A stretch of 64,000 bases of DNA, taken from positions 12,847,872 through 12,911,871 of the forward strand of contig NC_057719.1 in NCBI RefSeq assembly GCF_004010195.1. Direction: 5' to 3'. This document shows, one piece after another, positions 37,386 through 49,499 of the stretch (within the stretch, counting starts at the first letter, position 1; each line of letters starts with the position of its first letter). This DNA is from Chiloscyllium plagiosum. Taxonomy: Eukaryota. The notes under the pieces were generated by a model. It saw only the letters and a list, made by a program, of their open reading frames with translations, did no database searches and was not told the origin of the DNA. The position numbers and the translations under genes were made by a program.

Positions 37386-37659
37386 CGCAGCGCAGGGTGG
37401 GTGTGAAGGTTTCTGTGATAATCTGTAAAACAAGAAAGTACAATTAATGAATTTACAACCATCTGGTCTCAATCATGTGAAATACAAGATGAGAGATTGG
37501 GGGTGGGGAGAGAGAGTTGCCTTCGGGAGTAGTTATCCAACAGCCAAAACATAAATCCTGGAAAATTTCCTGCATTCTTTCCTGGATTTATGGACCCACG
37601 GTCATTTCCATGATGAAGTAAGTTCTGTACAGCCTGAGATTCCTAAGAGTGGACTGCTG

Positions 37660-38080
37660 ATTCCCTGTCTCTCCCCTGTCTCGGTGTTCTGCTGTCTGCT
37701 CCTCGTGCTGCTCTTTGCACTTTCTCTCAACCTTCTCTACTCCACCTCTCTGATCTCTCAGTCCTTTTCTCTCTCCCTTTCTCTGCTGTTTGCTCTCACT
37801 CAGTTTCTCTCTCTGCCCTCTGTGCACTCTCTCTCTCTTTACCTATTTGCTCTTTTAACCCTCTCACACCCTTTCTCTGGTCTTTCTCTCTGTCACTGTG
37901 CTCTCTCTTCCTCTCTGCTCTCAGTCAGTCTCTTTCTCCTTCACACTTTCTGCTTCTCCCGCTCTGTCCTCTCTCTCTCTCTCTCTGTGTTCTCCCTGTC
38001 CTCTGTCTCTGTAACCTCTCTCTCTCTCTGTGTTCTCCCTGTCCTCTGTCTCTGTAACCTCTCTCTCTCTGTGTTCTCTC
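37660..38080. repeat. CT-rich low-complexity / microsatellite tract
   Basis: (CT)n tracts and a repeated ctctctgtgttctccctgtcctctgtctctgtaacct unit. Confidence 0.85.
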
Positions 38081-38244
38081 TGGTGATGCAAAGTCCAAGG
38101 GCTGGTGGCCTGGGATCTCTGCCAAGTATTGGCTTGGAGCGAGGGCTGGTTTTGGCAGAGGGTGAGAAAGATTCTCGAATTTAATATGTCAAGTAACTGC
38201 ATCAAATGCAGGACATCCCTGCGTTTAGAGTTGTGAATTTAAGG

Positions 38245-39212
38245 GAGAACAAAGAACAAAAAACCTTACAGCACAGGATCAGGTCCTTTGGCTCTCCAAG
38301 CCTGCACCGATCCATATCCTCTATCTAAACATGTCTAAGGATCTATATGCCTCTGCTCCCTGCCCATTCATATGCCTGTCTAGATGCATCCTAAATGACA
38401 CTATCGTTCCCACCCCTACCACCTCTGTTGGCAACACGTTCCAGGCACCCACCACCCTCTGTGTGAAGAGCTTTCCACGCATATCCCCCCTAAACATTTC
38501 CCCTCGCTCTTTGAACTCGTGACCCTAGTAATTCAGTCCTGGGAAAACATTTCTTGCTATCCACCCTGTCTACACCTCTCATGATCTTGTAGGCCTCAAT
38601 CGGGTCCCTCCTCAACCTCTGTCTTTCTAATGAAAATAATCCTAATCTACTCAACCTCTCCTCCTGGCTAGCACCCTCCGTACCAGGCAACATCTTGGCA
38701 AATCTCCTCTGCACTCTCTCCAAATCATCCACATCCTTTTGATAATGTGGTGACCAGAACTGTACGCAGTATTCCAAATGTGGTCCAACCAAAGTCTTAT
38801 ACAATTGTAACATGACCTGCCAATTCTCATACTCAATACCCTGTCTGATGAAGGAAAGCATACCATATGCCTTCTTGACCACTCTACTGAGTGGCGTTGT
38901 CACCTTCAGGGAACAATGGACCTGAACATCCAGATCTTTCTGTACATCAATTTTCCCCAGGGCCTTTCCATTTATTGTATAGTTCGCTCTAGAATTGGAT
39001 CTTCCAAAATGCATCACTCCGCATTTGCCCGGATTGAACTCCATCTGCCATTTCTCTGCCCAACTCTCCAATCTATCTGCTGCATTCTGCTGCATTCTCT
39101 GACAGACCCCTTCACTATCTGCTACTCCATCAATCTTAATGTCACCTGCAAACTTGCTAATCAGACCACCTACACCTTTCTCCAGATCATTTATGTATAT
39201 CACAAACAAAGG
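38245..39212 (-). mobile_element. CR1 LINE 3' fragment
   Basis: Minus ORF 38490-39209 FVIYINDLE..ISKFAGDIKI...WAEKWQMEFNPGKC...GPHLEYCVQFWSP. Confidence 0.92.
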
Positions 39213-41435
39213 AGACTAGCTGTTTGCCCTTTCAGTGCTTAGCTATTGATTTAGCTGTGTAATGGATTGCGTTGGTGGTGGGTGGAGGGAGGGAGTTTGT
39301 TTGGGGCGGGGGTTAGGGAGGTATGAGAGGGTGTTTGGGGGCATGGGGTTGGAGGGCAGTGTTTGGGCTGGGGTGGAGCTGGAATAAAGAATATCTCCAT
39401 CTTGACAATCTTCCGGTCTCATCAATTGCTGAGAACAGATGAGCAATCGCAGAGTTGGTGTGGAAGGTTTTTCAGTCACAGGATGTGAGCATCACTGGCT
39501 CGGCCAGCATTTATGACCTTTCCCAATAGCTCAACCAAAAGTCAACCAATTTGCCGTGGGTCTGGAGTCACATGGAGTTTGGCCTGGGTAAGGACGGCAC
39601 ATTTCCCATCCCTAAAGGACTTTTTTCTGAACAGCCATCAAGGTGGTTACATTTCCATTAGGCTAGCATTTTCCTCCACATTTTCATTGCATTCAAGTGT
39701 CACCATTTGCCATGGTGGGATTTGAACCCATGTCTCCAGAAATTTAGCAGGGGCTCTGGATTCCTAATCAAGTGCAGTGAACATTACAGCATCACGGCCT
39801 CCCCCATAGAGTGGTTGAGGAGCACAGGGTGGAATAAAGTCTATGAGGATGTCTTTTGTGACTTTGAGCATTGAGAATTATCTGCAGTGTAGACTGAAGT
39901 TGGATTTGGGGTTGAGACAGGGTCTACAGGAGAAATGAGCTAACACCTGGAAGGTGACAAATAAATTAAATTTATTTGGAAGCACTAGACTGGACGATAA
40001 CCTGGTGTTGTGTGATTTTTAACTTTGTCCATCCCAGTCCAACACCGACACCTCCACATTATTGATCATATTGAATGGCGGAGCAGACTCGAAGGGCTGA
40101 ATGGCCGACTCCTTTTTGTTAGTGTTTCATAGAGCTTTTGCAACACGGATAAAGGCCATTCAGCCCAGCATGTCTGCAATGGCCATCAAGCATCTACCTA
40201 TGCTATCCCCACTTTCCAGCCTTGTCTGCTATTTCAACTGGTGGAATTTAAATTCAATTTTTAAAAAAGTTACGTCTGTAATTGAAAACTAGTCTCAGTA
40301 ACTGTGACCATAAATTCATCCATCAATGATTATTGTGTGGTTCATGAATTTTCTTTAGGGAAGGGCATCCCCTCCTCCTCCCCCGCCCCTCATCACCACT
40401 ACCACCACCATGAGTCTCCGACCTATAGCAGAATGGAGTTGGCTCTTCATAATCGCTGTCATGACCCACCCAGTTCAAATGCAATTAGGGACGGGCAACA
40501 AATGGTGGCCTTGCCAGTGGTGCCCATAACCTGTGAAAATAAAATATCCAAGAGAAAAAAACAAATCCTTTGTCTGATGTCACATCCAAAAGGCTGCATC
40601 TCCAACAGTGCACTTTTTGCTCACAGCTACACAGAGAGTGTCAGCTTGCATTTCCTGCTCAATTCTCCCTGCACTGGGACTTGAGCTCACTATTTTCTGC
40701 CTTGTAACTGAGAATTCTACCACTGGGTCAAAAGCTGATGCACTTTCCAGAGTTAATAAGTAACTGAGCTGCACAAGATGATTGAGGTTTCAGCTTCTTT
40801 TACTGGAACAGCCACTATTGGAAGGTTGTTTAAAGGAAGGAGAAATTGCTTGAGCCAATAACCAGAATTTTGTCCATGTTTCATTGCTTTAAAGCCCACA
40901 TCTGTTTATTTTATGAAAACAAAGTATTGTAGATTCCGGAAATCAGAGATAAAATAGACATAGTCCTGGAGAAACTCAACAGCTCTGACAGCATCTGTTG
41001 CAAGAGAAAGAGATTGGTATTTCTATTATAATGCTGCAGAATGGTGTTCAGATTTCCAGCATGCTCTATAGTTTTCTTTTATGTAGGTGTCTCTCCTGGT
41101 GTAATGCCTCTGCGCCAATATGCCTGGTAGAGTCATTGTAGAAATACTTCATATTTTTTGGATAAGATGATGTTGAAATTTGAGTAAAGTTATGAAAGGC
41201 ATCCACTTCTCAAGTCACCTCACGTTAATAATTCACGAGGTGTTTGCACGTGTATGGTAATTCGATCAAAAAGAATGAATTCCCTGGAGTTTGACCCAAT
41301 TAATTCTTCATTGGTAAACAGGCTGGTGTAGCCAGTTTGCTGCAATAAAATGTGGATTGTCAGATGTTTAACATTTACTATGACCAAAGTACAATGGATG
41401 CCTAAAGGTTAAGAATTATGTGGATAAATCCAGAA

Positions 41436-42495
41436 AACATAGAGCATAGAACATAGAACATTACAGCGCAGTACAGACCCTTCGGCCCTCGATGTTGTGC
41501 CGCCCTGTCATACTAATCTGAAGCCCATCCCACCTACACTATTCCATGTATGTCCATATGCCTGTCCAATGACGACTTAAATGCACTTAAACTTAGCGAA
41601 TCTACTACCGTTGCAGGCAAAGCATTCCATACCCTTACTACTCTCTGAGTAAAGAAACTACCTCTGACATCTGTCTTATACCTATCTCCCCTCACTTTAA
41701 AGTTGCTTCCCCTCGTGTTTGCCGTCCCCATACTTGGAAAAAGGGTCTCCCTGTCCACCCTGTCTAACCCTCTGATTATCTTGTAGTGATCATGGGGAAT
41801 GATGAAAGTTAGAATCCCTACAGTGTGGAACAGGCTATTTGATCCATTGAGAGCACACCCACCCTCTGAGGAGCACTCCATGCAGACCCACCACCCTATC
41901 CCATCCTTGTGACCCTGCGTTTACTCTGTCTAACCCACCTAGCCTGCATGTTCCTGGACACAATGGGCAATCCACCTAACCTGCACATCTTTGGACTGTG
42001 GATAGAAATCCACACAGACACAGGGAGAACACAGAGAATCGCCCAAGGCTGGTATCTAACCTGGGTCCCTGGTGCCGTGAGGCAGCAGTACTAACCTCCG
42101 AGTCACTGTGCTAGCCCCAAGTTCTGTTTGAAGTTTGGAGGCAAAAAATGGCTTATAGAACACATTTATAGCAGTCACAGGGTGCTCCTTAATTAGATTA
42201 GATTCCTTACAGTGTGGAAACAGGCCCTTCGGCCCAACCAGTCCACACCGACCCTCTGAAGAGGAACCCACCCAGACCCATTTCCCTCTGACTAATGCAC
42301 CTAACACTATGGGCAATTCAGCACGGCCAATTCACCTGAGCTGCACATCTTTGGACTGTGGGAGGAAACTGGAGCAACCAGAGGAAACCCACGCAGACAC
42401 AGGGAGAATGTGCAAACTCCACACAGACTGTCTCCCAAGGCTGGCATCGAACCTGGGACCCTAGTGCTGTGAAGCAGCAGTGCTAACCACTGCTA
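41436..42495 (-). mobile_element. CR1 3' end (41436-41785) followed by two HE1-like SINEs (41810-42115, 42192-42495)
   Basis: Family sequence matches and simple-repeat tails. Confidence 0.8.
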
Positions 42496-43409
42496 ATCTA
42501 TTCATCCTGTACATCACTCTGCAATGTCTTTACACAAAGGTCAGGTAATTATTTCTCCTCTCTGGTGAACTGTTGAGTGCTAAAATGGATTGTGCTGACA
42601 AAGACTACCATGATGTGACGTTGATTGTATGGATTAGAAAACATGGGTCTTTCTCCATTTGAATGATACTGACATATAATATTCCTCAAAGGTCTTTCTG
42701 CCAAAATATGACCAGGGTCTATCGTTGAGATATCCTTGTAACCTTAATGGGAGTATAAATAGTACACTTTCAAGTTTTTTGTTGCATTTGGATTGAAGCT
42801 GTAATGAGTAATGTCATAATGCCACTGTATTTCCTGCAAAGTCTGTACAGAACAGTTTTGTACTTGTTGCGTTTACTTGTAGATAACTTATGACTAACGA
42901 ACAGTTTGGAAATAAAAGAAAACATTTACTGCTCATCAAATGGAAGTGCTGCATTTAGAGCAAAGAACAATACATCACAGGAACAGGCTGTTCAGCCCTC
43001 TAAGCCTGTGCTGACACATGATGTCTTTCTAAGGAGCTTTTGCCTGTACACAGTCCATATCCCACTATTCCCTGCCCATCCATGTATCTGTCAAGATGCC
43101 GATTAGATGTTGCTGTTGTATCTGCTCCTATTCTAAGCTTGAAAGGTTTTAGGAACATCTTTAAGAAAACAGCTGCAGGCCAGTATCCTTTATCTGTATA
43201 TGTAAAAATCAAAAAGACCTAAAAACTGAAGATGGACCCAAATGGACATGAAGACATACCGAGCCCAGCATCTTTGGAGAGATAAAACTGGACTCAATAT
43301 TCTAAATGGGGTCTAACCAAGATGAGGAAGCCTCCTGTACCAGGATGCAGGGAAGTCTAAGCTCTGCAGTTCAGGTTCCCATCCAAAATGGTCAATCTGG
43401 TGAAGCATC

Positions 43410-44070
43410 AGATTTCAACAAGAAAGGATTAAAGTATCATCCATTGCCAGTCGATAACATTATCATCACTGAATCCCATTATCAACATCCTGGGGGTTAG
43501 TATTGACCAAACTGAATTGGACCAGCCAAATATGTAATGGCTACCAAAGTTGATCAGAGGATAGGAATCCTGTAGTAACTCACACCCCAAAGGCCATGTT
43601 TATAAGGCACAAGTCAGGAGTGTGATAGATTACTTCTCACCTAACTGCAGCTCCAACAATACTCAAGACGCTTGAAACTGTCAGCTCAACATTCCATCCA
43701 CCGCCTTCACACCCTCCAACTGCCAGAGGCACACATCAGCAGCAGTGTCTACCACGTACACAATATACTGCAAAAATTCACCAGCCTTTTCCAACAGCAC
43801 CTTCCAACCTCACCCAAATCACTCTGGCAGGACATGGGCAGCTGATTCATGGGAGCACCACCACCTGAAAGTTCCCTTCCAAGCCCCTCACCATGCTGAC
43901 TTGGAAAAATATCACTGTTCTTTCACTGTCGCTGGGTCAAAATCCTGGAATTCCCTCCCCAATGGCATTGTGGGTCAACCTACACATGTGGTCTACAGCT
44001 CAGCACCACCTTCTTAAGGGCCTTAAATACTGGCCCAGCCAGTGACAACCTCATCCCTTGAAATAATTGT
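43410..44070 (+). mobile_element. Old CR1/L2-clade LINE 3' fragment (YKAQVRS type; related pieces at 6027-6250, 8790-9030 -, 46510-46810)
   Basis: tataaggcacaagtcaggagtgtg = YKAQVRSV; gcagctccaacaatactcaag = AAPTILK; shared ccatcctgacttggaaatatattgccgtt-type segment. Confidence 0.65.
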
Positions 44071-44732
44071 TTTTTATAAAAGTCATGAGGATAAGCAATG
44101 ATTAAAGGACACAGTTTATAATTAAGAGGTTTTAAGACTGAGATGAAGGGGATTTTTTTCTCTCCCAGAGGGTTATTGGTGCAGAATTTACTTTCCCAGA
44201 AGATAGTGGAAGCTGGATCATTGAATGTCTTCAAGGCTGGGTTAGTCGACGATGGGTTGAGGGTTATGGGGATGTGTGCAGACAGGAGAGTGGGGATTTG
44301 AAGCTACAAACATAACCAGCCATTATCTTATTGAATAGTTGCGCCAGCTCTACAGGGCCCTGTCCTGCTCCCAATTCCTTTGTTCCTGTGTGTTGTCTGA
44401 TATGCAGCTAATGAAAGACTGTCTGCCAGCAGTTGAGTATTTTGGCCATAATGAGCTGTAATTTACTTTGCCTCCGTACTGAGAGTTGACAAGTGCAATC
44501 CTATCATGTGTGATCATGTTCTTTGCAGAATCATTTGGTGGGACATAGTGAGTATGTACTGAGCGCTGGCTGAAAAATGCAGACCTTTTCCGAAATTCCA
44601 GATTTGAATTCCTAGTCCAATATCCACTCTTCTCACAGCCATGAAACCACTCTTGTCGATGTGAGAAATCACCTCCACTATCTCCAGTGACAAAAGCAAA
44701 ATTTCCTCTTTATCCTTCTTGACCTGTCAGTG

Positions 44733-45752
44733 CATTGGGCTCCATACACCATCCTCCACCAGCAATCTCCATTGTCTACCAGCACATTGGGCCCCATACA
44801 CCATCATCCACCAGCAATCTCCATTGTCTACCAGCACATTGGGCCCATACACCATCATCCACCAGCAATCTCCATTCTCTACCAGCACACTGGGCGCCAT
44901 ACACCATCCTCCACCAGCAATTTCCATTGTCTACCAGCACATTGGGCCCCATACACCAAACTCCACCAGCAATCTCCATTGTCCAACAGCACATTGGGCC
45001 CCATACACCAAACTCCACCAGCAATTTCCATTGTCCCATACACCAAACTCCACCAGCAATTTCCATTGTCCAACAGCACATTGGGCTCCATACACCATCC
45101 TCGACCAGCAATCTCCATTGTCCAACAGCACATTGGGCTCCATACACCATCCTCGACCAGCAATCTCCATTGTCTACAAGCACATTGGGTCCCATACACC
45201 ATCATCCACCAGCAATCTCCATTGTCCAACAGCACATTGGGTCCCATACACCATCCTCCATCAGCAATCTCCATTGTCCAACAGCACATTGGGCTCCATA
45301 CACCATCATCCATCAGCAATCTCCATTGTCCAACAGCACATTGGGTCCCATACACCATCATCCACCAGCAATCTCCATTGTCCAACAGTACATTGGGTCC
45401 CATACACCATCCTCGACCAGCAATCTCCCTTGTCTACGAGCACATTTGGTCCCATACACCATCCTCCACCAGCAATCTCCATTGTCCAACAGCACATTGG
45501 GTCTCATTCACCATCCTCCACCAGCAATGTCCATTGTCCAAAAAGACATTGGCCCCAAACACCATCCTCCACCAGCAATCTCCATTGTGTACCACCACAT
45601 TGGGTCCCATACACCATCCTCCACCAGCAATCTCCATTGTCTACCAGCACATTGGGCTCCATACACCATCCTCTACCAGCAATCTCCATTGTCTACCCGC
45701 ACATTGGGCCCCATACACCATCCTTCACCAGCAATCTCCATTGTGTACCAGC
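44733..45752. repeat. 52-bp minisatellite, about 19-20 units
   Basis: Unit cattgggctccatacaccatcctccaccagcaatctccattgtctaccagca; period 52 (44733 to 44785); one shortened unit near 45003-45040. Confidence 0.95.
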
Positions 45753-45933
45753 TGGATAGCACTCAGTTGCGTCATTTCAATCATTTATGTGAGGTGACGG
45801 CCTCGTGGTATTATCAGTGGCCTGTTAACCAGCAATCCAGGTAACATTCTGGGAACCTGGGTTTGAATTCCTCAACAGCAAATGGTAGAATCTGAGTTCA
45901 ATTTAAAAAAAAATAATTTGAATATAAGAGTTT

Positions 45934-46240
45934 GGGGCGGCACGGTGGCTCAGTGGTTAGCACTGCTGCCTCACAACACCAAGATCCCAGGTTTGATTCC
46001 AGCCTTGGGTGACTGTCTGTATGGAGTTTGTACATTCTCCCTGTGTCTGCGGGGGTTTCCTCCGGGTGCGCCGGTTTCCTCCCACAATCCAAAGATGTGC
46101 AGGTCAGGTGAATTGGCCATGCTAAATTGCCCATAGGTTCGGTGTGTTAGTCATAGGGAGATGGTTTACCCTTCGGAGGGTCGGTGTGGACTTGTTGGGC
46201 CGAAGGGCCTGTTTCCATACTGTAGGGAATCTAATCTAAT
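45934..46240 (+). mobile_element. Full-length HE1-like V-SINE nested in a SacSINE1-like SINE
   Basis: GGGGCGGCACGGTGGCTCAGTGG head, B-box-like GGTTTGATTCC, (ctaat)n tail; AGTTT repeated at both junctions; the host SINE continues on either side. Confidence 0.88.
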
Positions 46241-47829
46241 AGTTTAATGATGATCATGAATCCATTGTTGATTGTCTAGAAAAACCCATCTGCTTCATGA
46301 ATGTCCTTTGGGGAAGGGAAACTGCCATCCTTACCTGGTCTGGCCGATACATCTTGATACGGAGGTGCTGGTGTTAGACTGTGGTGCACAAGGTCAGAAG
46401 TCTCACTATACCAGGTTATAGTCCAACAGGTTTATTTGAAATTACAAGCTTTTGGAGCGAAGTCACCTGACGAAGGAGCAGTGCTCGAAAAGCTTGTGAT
46501 TCCGGCATCTTCCAAACTCACGAACACTTCCATCTAGAAGGACCAGAACAGCAGATATGTGGGAACACCACCTCCTTCAGGATCCCCTCCAAGTCATTCA
46601 CCATCCTGACTTGGAAATATATTGCCGTTCATTCACTGTTGCTACTGTTCAAAATCCTGGAAATCCCTCTCTGATCGGTCAACCCACAGCAGGTGGGCTG
46701 CAGTGGTTCAAGGAGGCAGCTCACCACCACCTTTTCATGGGGCAACAAAGAATGGGTAATAAATGCTGGGCCAGCCAGCGACGACCACATCCCACAAATG
46801 AATTTTTAGAAAATTAAAGATAAAATTTTTGTTAGGTTGCTGGTTAAAAGGAGTGAGTGAAGTTTCTTTTCCCCAGAGCAACAATGGCTATCATGAGGGG
46901 TCATAATTTTAAGGTGATTGCAGGAAGGTATAAGGGAGATGTCAGAGGTAGGTTATTTATGCAGAGAGTGATGGGTGCGTGGAATGCACTGCCAGCAGTG
47001 GTAGTAGAGTCAGAGACATTAGGGATGTTTAAGCAATTACTGGACAAGCACATGGACGGCAGTAAATTGAGGGGCGTGTAATTAAGGTTGATCTTAGATT
47101 AAGATAAATGCTCGGCACAACATCATGGGCCAAAGGGCCTGTACTGTGCTGAATTGTTCAATGTTCTAAATTTCTTCCATGCTTAAACAGGAGTTCTTAA
47201 ACAAGTTCATAAGCTGACTGGCTTTAGCTGGTTTATCTGTATTAGCAGATTGTTATCTGCTGGCGTATTGTTTCTCCATAAGCATAAATACGGGGGATTT
47301 TCAATGCTGCTTGAGTGTGGCATGCCGGGGGTTGGGTGAGTGACGGTTGTACTGAACTGTAAGTGAATTAATTACTTAATGTTACATTGTAAAAGGAGCC
47401 AACAAGGTGAAGCTTTTTTTCTTGCACTCATCAGAACTAGGACACGGATCTTTTTCATGTCTGTTTCTTCCATATTGGTCCATGATTGCAAAATGAGAAG
47501 CTTCACTTCTTATTGGTGTTTAAATCATTTGATGAAAACTAAATAAATCTGCCTGACACAATAAAGGTGGCAATGTGGGTGCTACGGCATGTGGGAAGTC
47601 CTGCTTACCCTGGCAACCCTGGCTGTGATAAATGTCTAAAGCTTGAGGACTTTCAGCTCAGAGTCATTGAGTTGTGACAGATCAGGGATGGGGAGCATTA
47701 CCTGGCCACTTTTGTTCCTGAAGTCCTGAAGAAGGATCAAACCCGAAATGTTGATTTCTCCACCTCCTGATGCTGTCTGGCCTGCTGTGTTCTTCCAGCC
47801 TGTCTACTATGTTCCAAAAGGCGGTCATA

Positions 47830-48530
47830 CCCCTTATGTTAGTATAACCTGATGTGGTCAGTGGTCAGGGACTTGGAGGGTGTGACTGCGCGTCAGGTAA
47901 GGGGAATGAGAACATGGGAGTGCAGGAACGGCAGACCTTGCAATTCCCAACGAATTTGAGATTCTTGCCGTTTGTGTGGACAAAACACAGACTGACCATA
48001 ATATCATGGTATAAGGAACAATGGGAGTGGAGGAGTTAAAAGAAATACAGTGGTAGTAGGGAACAGTATAGTAAGGGGGATGGACAACCTTCTCCCAGCC
48101 GTGTTGCCTTTCGGGTGCCAGGGTTCTAGATTCCTTCACATGGCTGGAAAAGAAACTGTCATGGGAGGGGGTGGATCCTGGAGTCATGATCTATGTAGGT
48201 TCCATTGACCAAGGTAAGACGAGGAAAGGGGTTCTGTTTGAATCGGGGGTATGACAGAACTAGGCACTAAATCACAAAGCAGAGCCTCAAATGTAATCAT
48301 CTTTGGGATTACTAACTGAGTCAAGTGCAAGTGGGCATTAGGTAAATCAGAAGCAGAGAGATGAATGGCTCTAAGGCTGGTGTAAGAGAATGGATTCATG
48401 TTTATGGGCATTGGTAGCAGGACTTGGGAAAGTGAATGTTGTACCATTGGGACATCTACACCAGAACCTTGCTGAGACTGGTTTCCTACTGAGTCCTATA
48501 ACAAGGGAAGAAGAGACGGCTTTAAATGAA
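47830..48530 (+). mobile_element. Decayed CR1 ORF1 (SGNH esterase-like) remnant
   Basis: Degenerate matches to CR1 ORF1 segments (gtggtagtaggg..cagtatagtaaggggg; gtgttgcctttcgggtgccagggtt; gtaatcatctttgggattacta). Confidence 0.5.
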
Positions 48531-49279
48531 ACAGAGGGAAGAAGAAATCACGTTTATGAAGTTTGAGTAAATTACAGGGCAATGACTAATTAAGATAACA
48601 AAATACAATAAAGATAACCAATGTCGGAACATAGGAGCAGGAACTTTCAGCTAATCAGGTCCACCCCACCATTGATTAGCATCTCATAACCCTCTACATC
48701 ACTAATAATCAAAAATCTATTGATCTACCTTAAGGGAATCTCTCTACCTTAAATATACTCAAAGACTGAGCTTCCACAGTCCCCTGGGATAAAGCATCAA
48801 TCCCATTTATCCAATTAAGTATTTTGTACATTCCAAAGAGATCATCTCATCACTCTTATGATCTCTAGCCCACTTTACCCAATCTCTCTTCATAGGACAA
48901 TCCCCTCTCGGGAACAAGACTGGTGAATACTCATCGCTGTCCCTCTATGGTCATGATATCTTTCCTGAGATAGCAAGGCCAAACCTTCACACAGTACTCC
49001 ACATACAACCTCACTGTACATCACAAAGGAGATGAAAGTAGTTTGGAGTATCTCCAAGTTACAATAGTGTGTGCAACTGACACCCATCAGTTTCTCAAAA
49101 CCGCAAATGTTTTAGGAAATTTCATGGATTAACTAACCTGTTCAGAACCAACCTAAAACAAAAATCTTGACTGGGAGATTGTTTTTAAATCTGGTCAATT
49201 TTCAGCACATCTGCGATGTAACTATCTGTGATTGTAATATGACTTTAGTTTGTTTCTCTCTCTCTCTCTCTCTCTCCAG

Positions 49280-49427
49280 TATGTGTTTGATTACCACGAT
49301 GGTGACGTGTTTGGCTGTGTTGCGGATGTTGGTTGGATCACTGGGCACAGCTACGTGGTGTATGGACCTCTGTGCAATGGAGGAACCACCGTGCTGTTTG
49401 AGAGTACTCCAGTCTACCCGAATCCAG
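49280..49427 (+). CDS. ACSS1: ACSS1 coding exon 6
   Basis: (TC)n tract plus c[54 protein letters not shown]; donor CAG|GTAACA; 148 nt. Confidence 0.95.
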
Positions 49428-49499
49428 GTAACACCAGTGAAGGCTCAACTATGGCGATCACACCCCTCACATGTCCACATCTCGCTGACAGGACAGACA

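Noticed and set aside
36853..38205. Long Pro/His- and Leu/Ser-rich ORFs
   Set aside because: Translations of low-complexity GGAAT and CT tracts.
44733..45752. CRISPR-like regular array
   Set aside because: Units are contiguous with no unique spacers; vertebrate DNA; no cas genes.
44719..45844. Three overlapping 346-369 aa His/Pro/Ser-rich ORFs
   Set aside because: They arise from a stop-free 52-bp tandem repeat whose period is not a multiple of 3; intronic, no coding signature.
45934..46010. tRNA gene calls at SINE heads
   Set aside because: A/B boxes are present, but they continue into multi-copy SINE bodies and tails, and no complete cloverleaf was evident.
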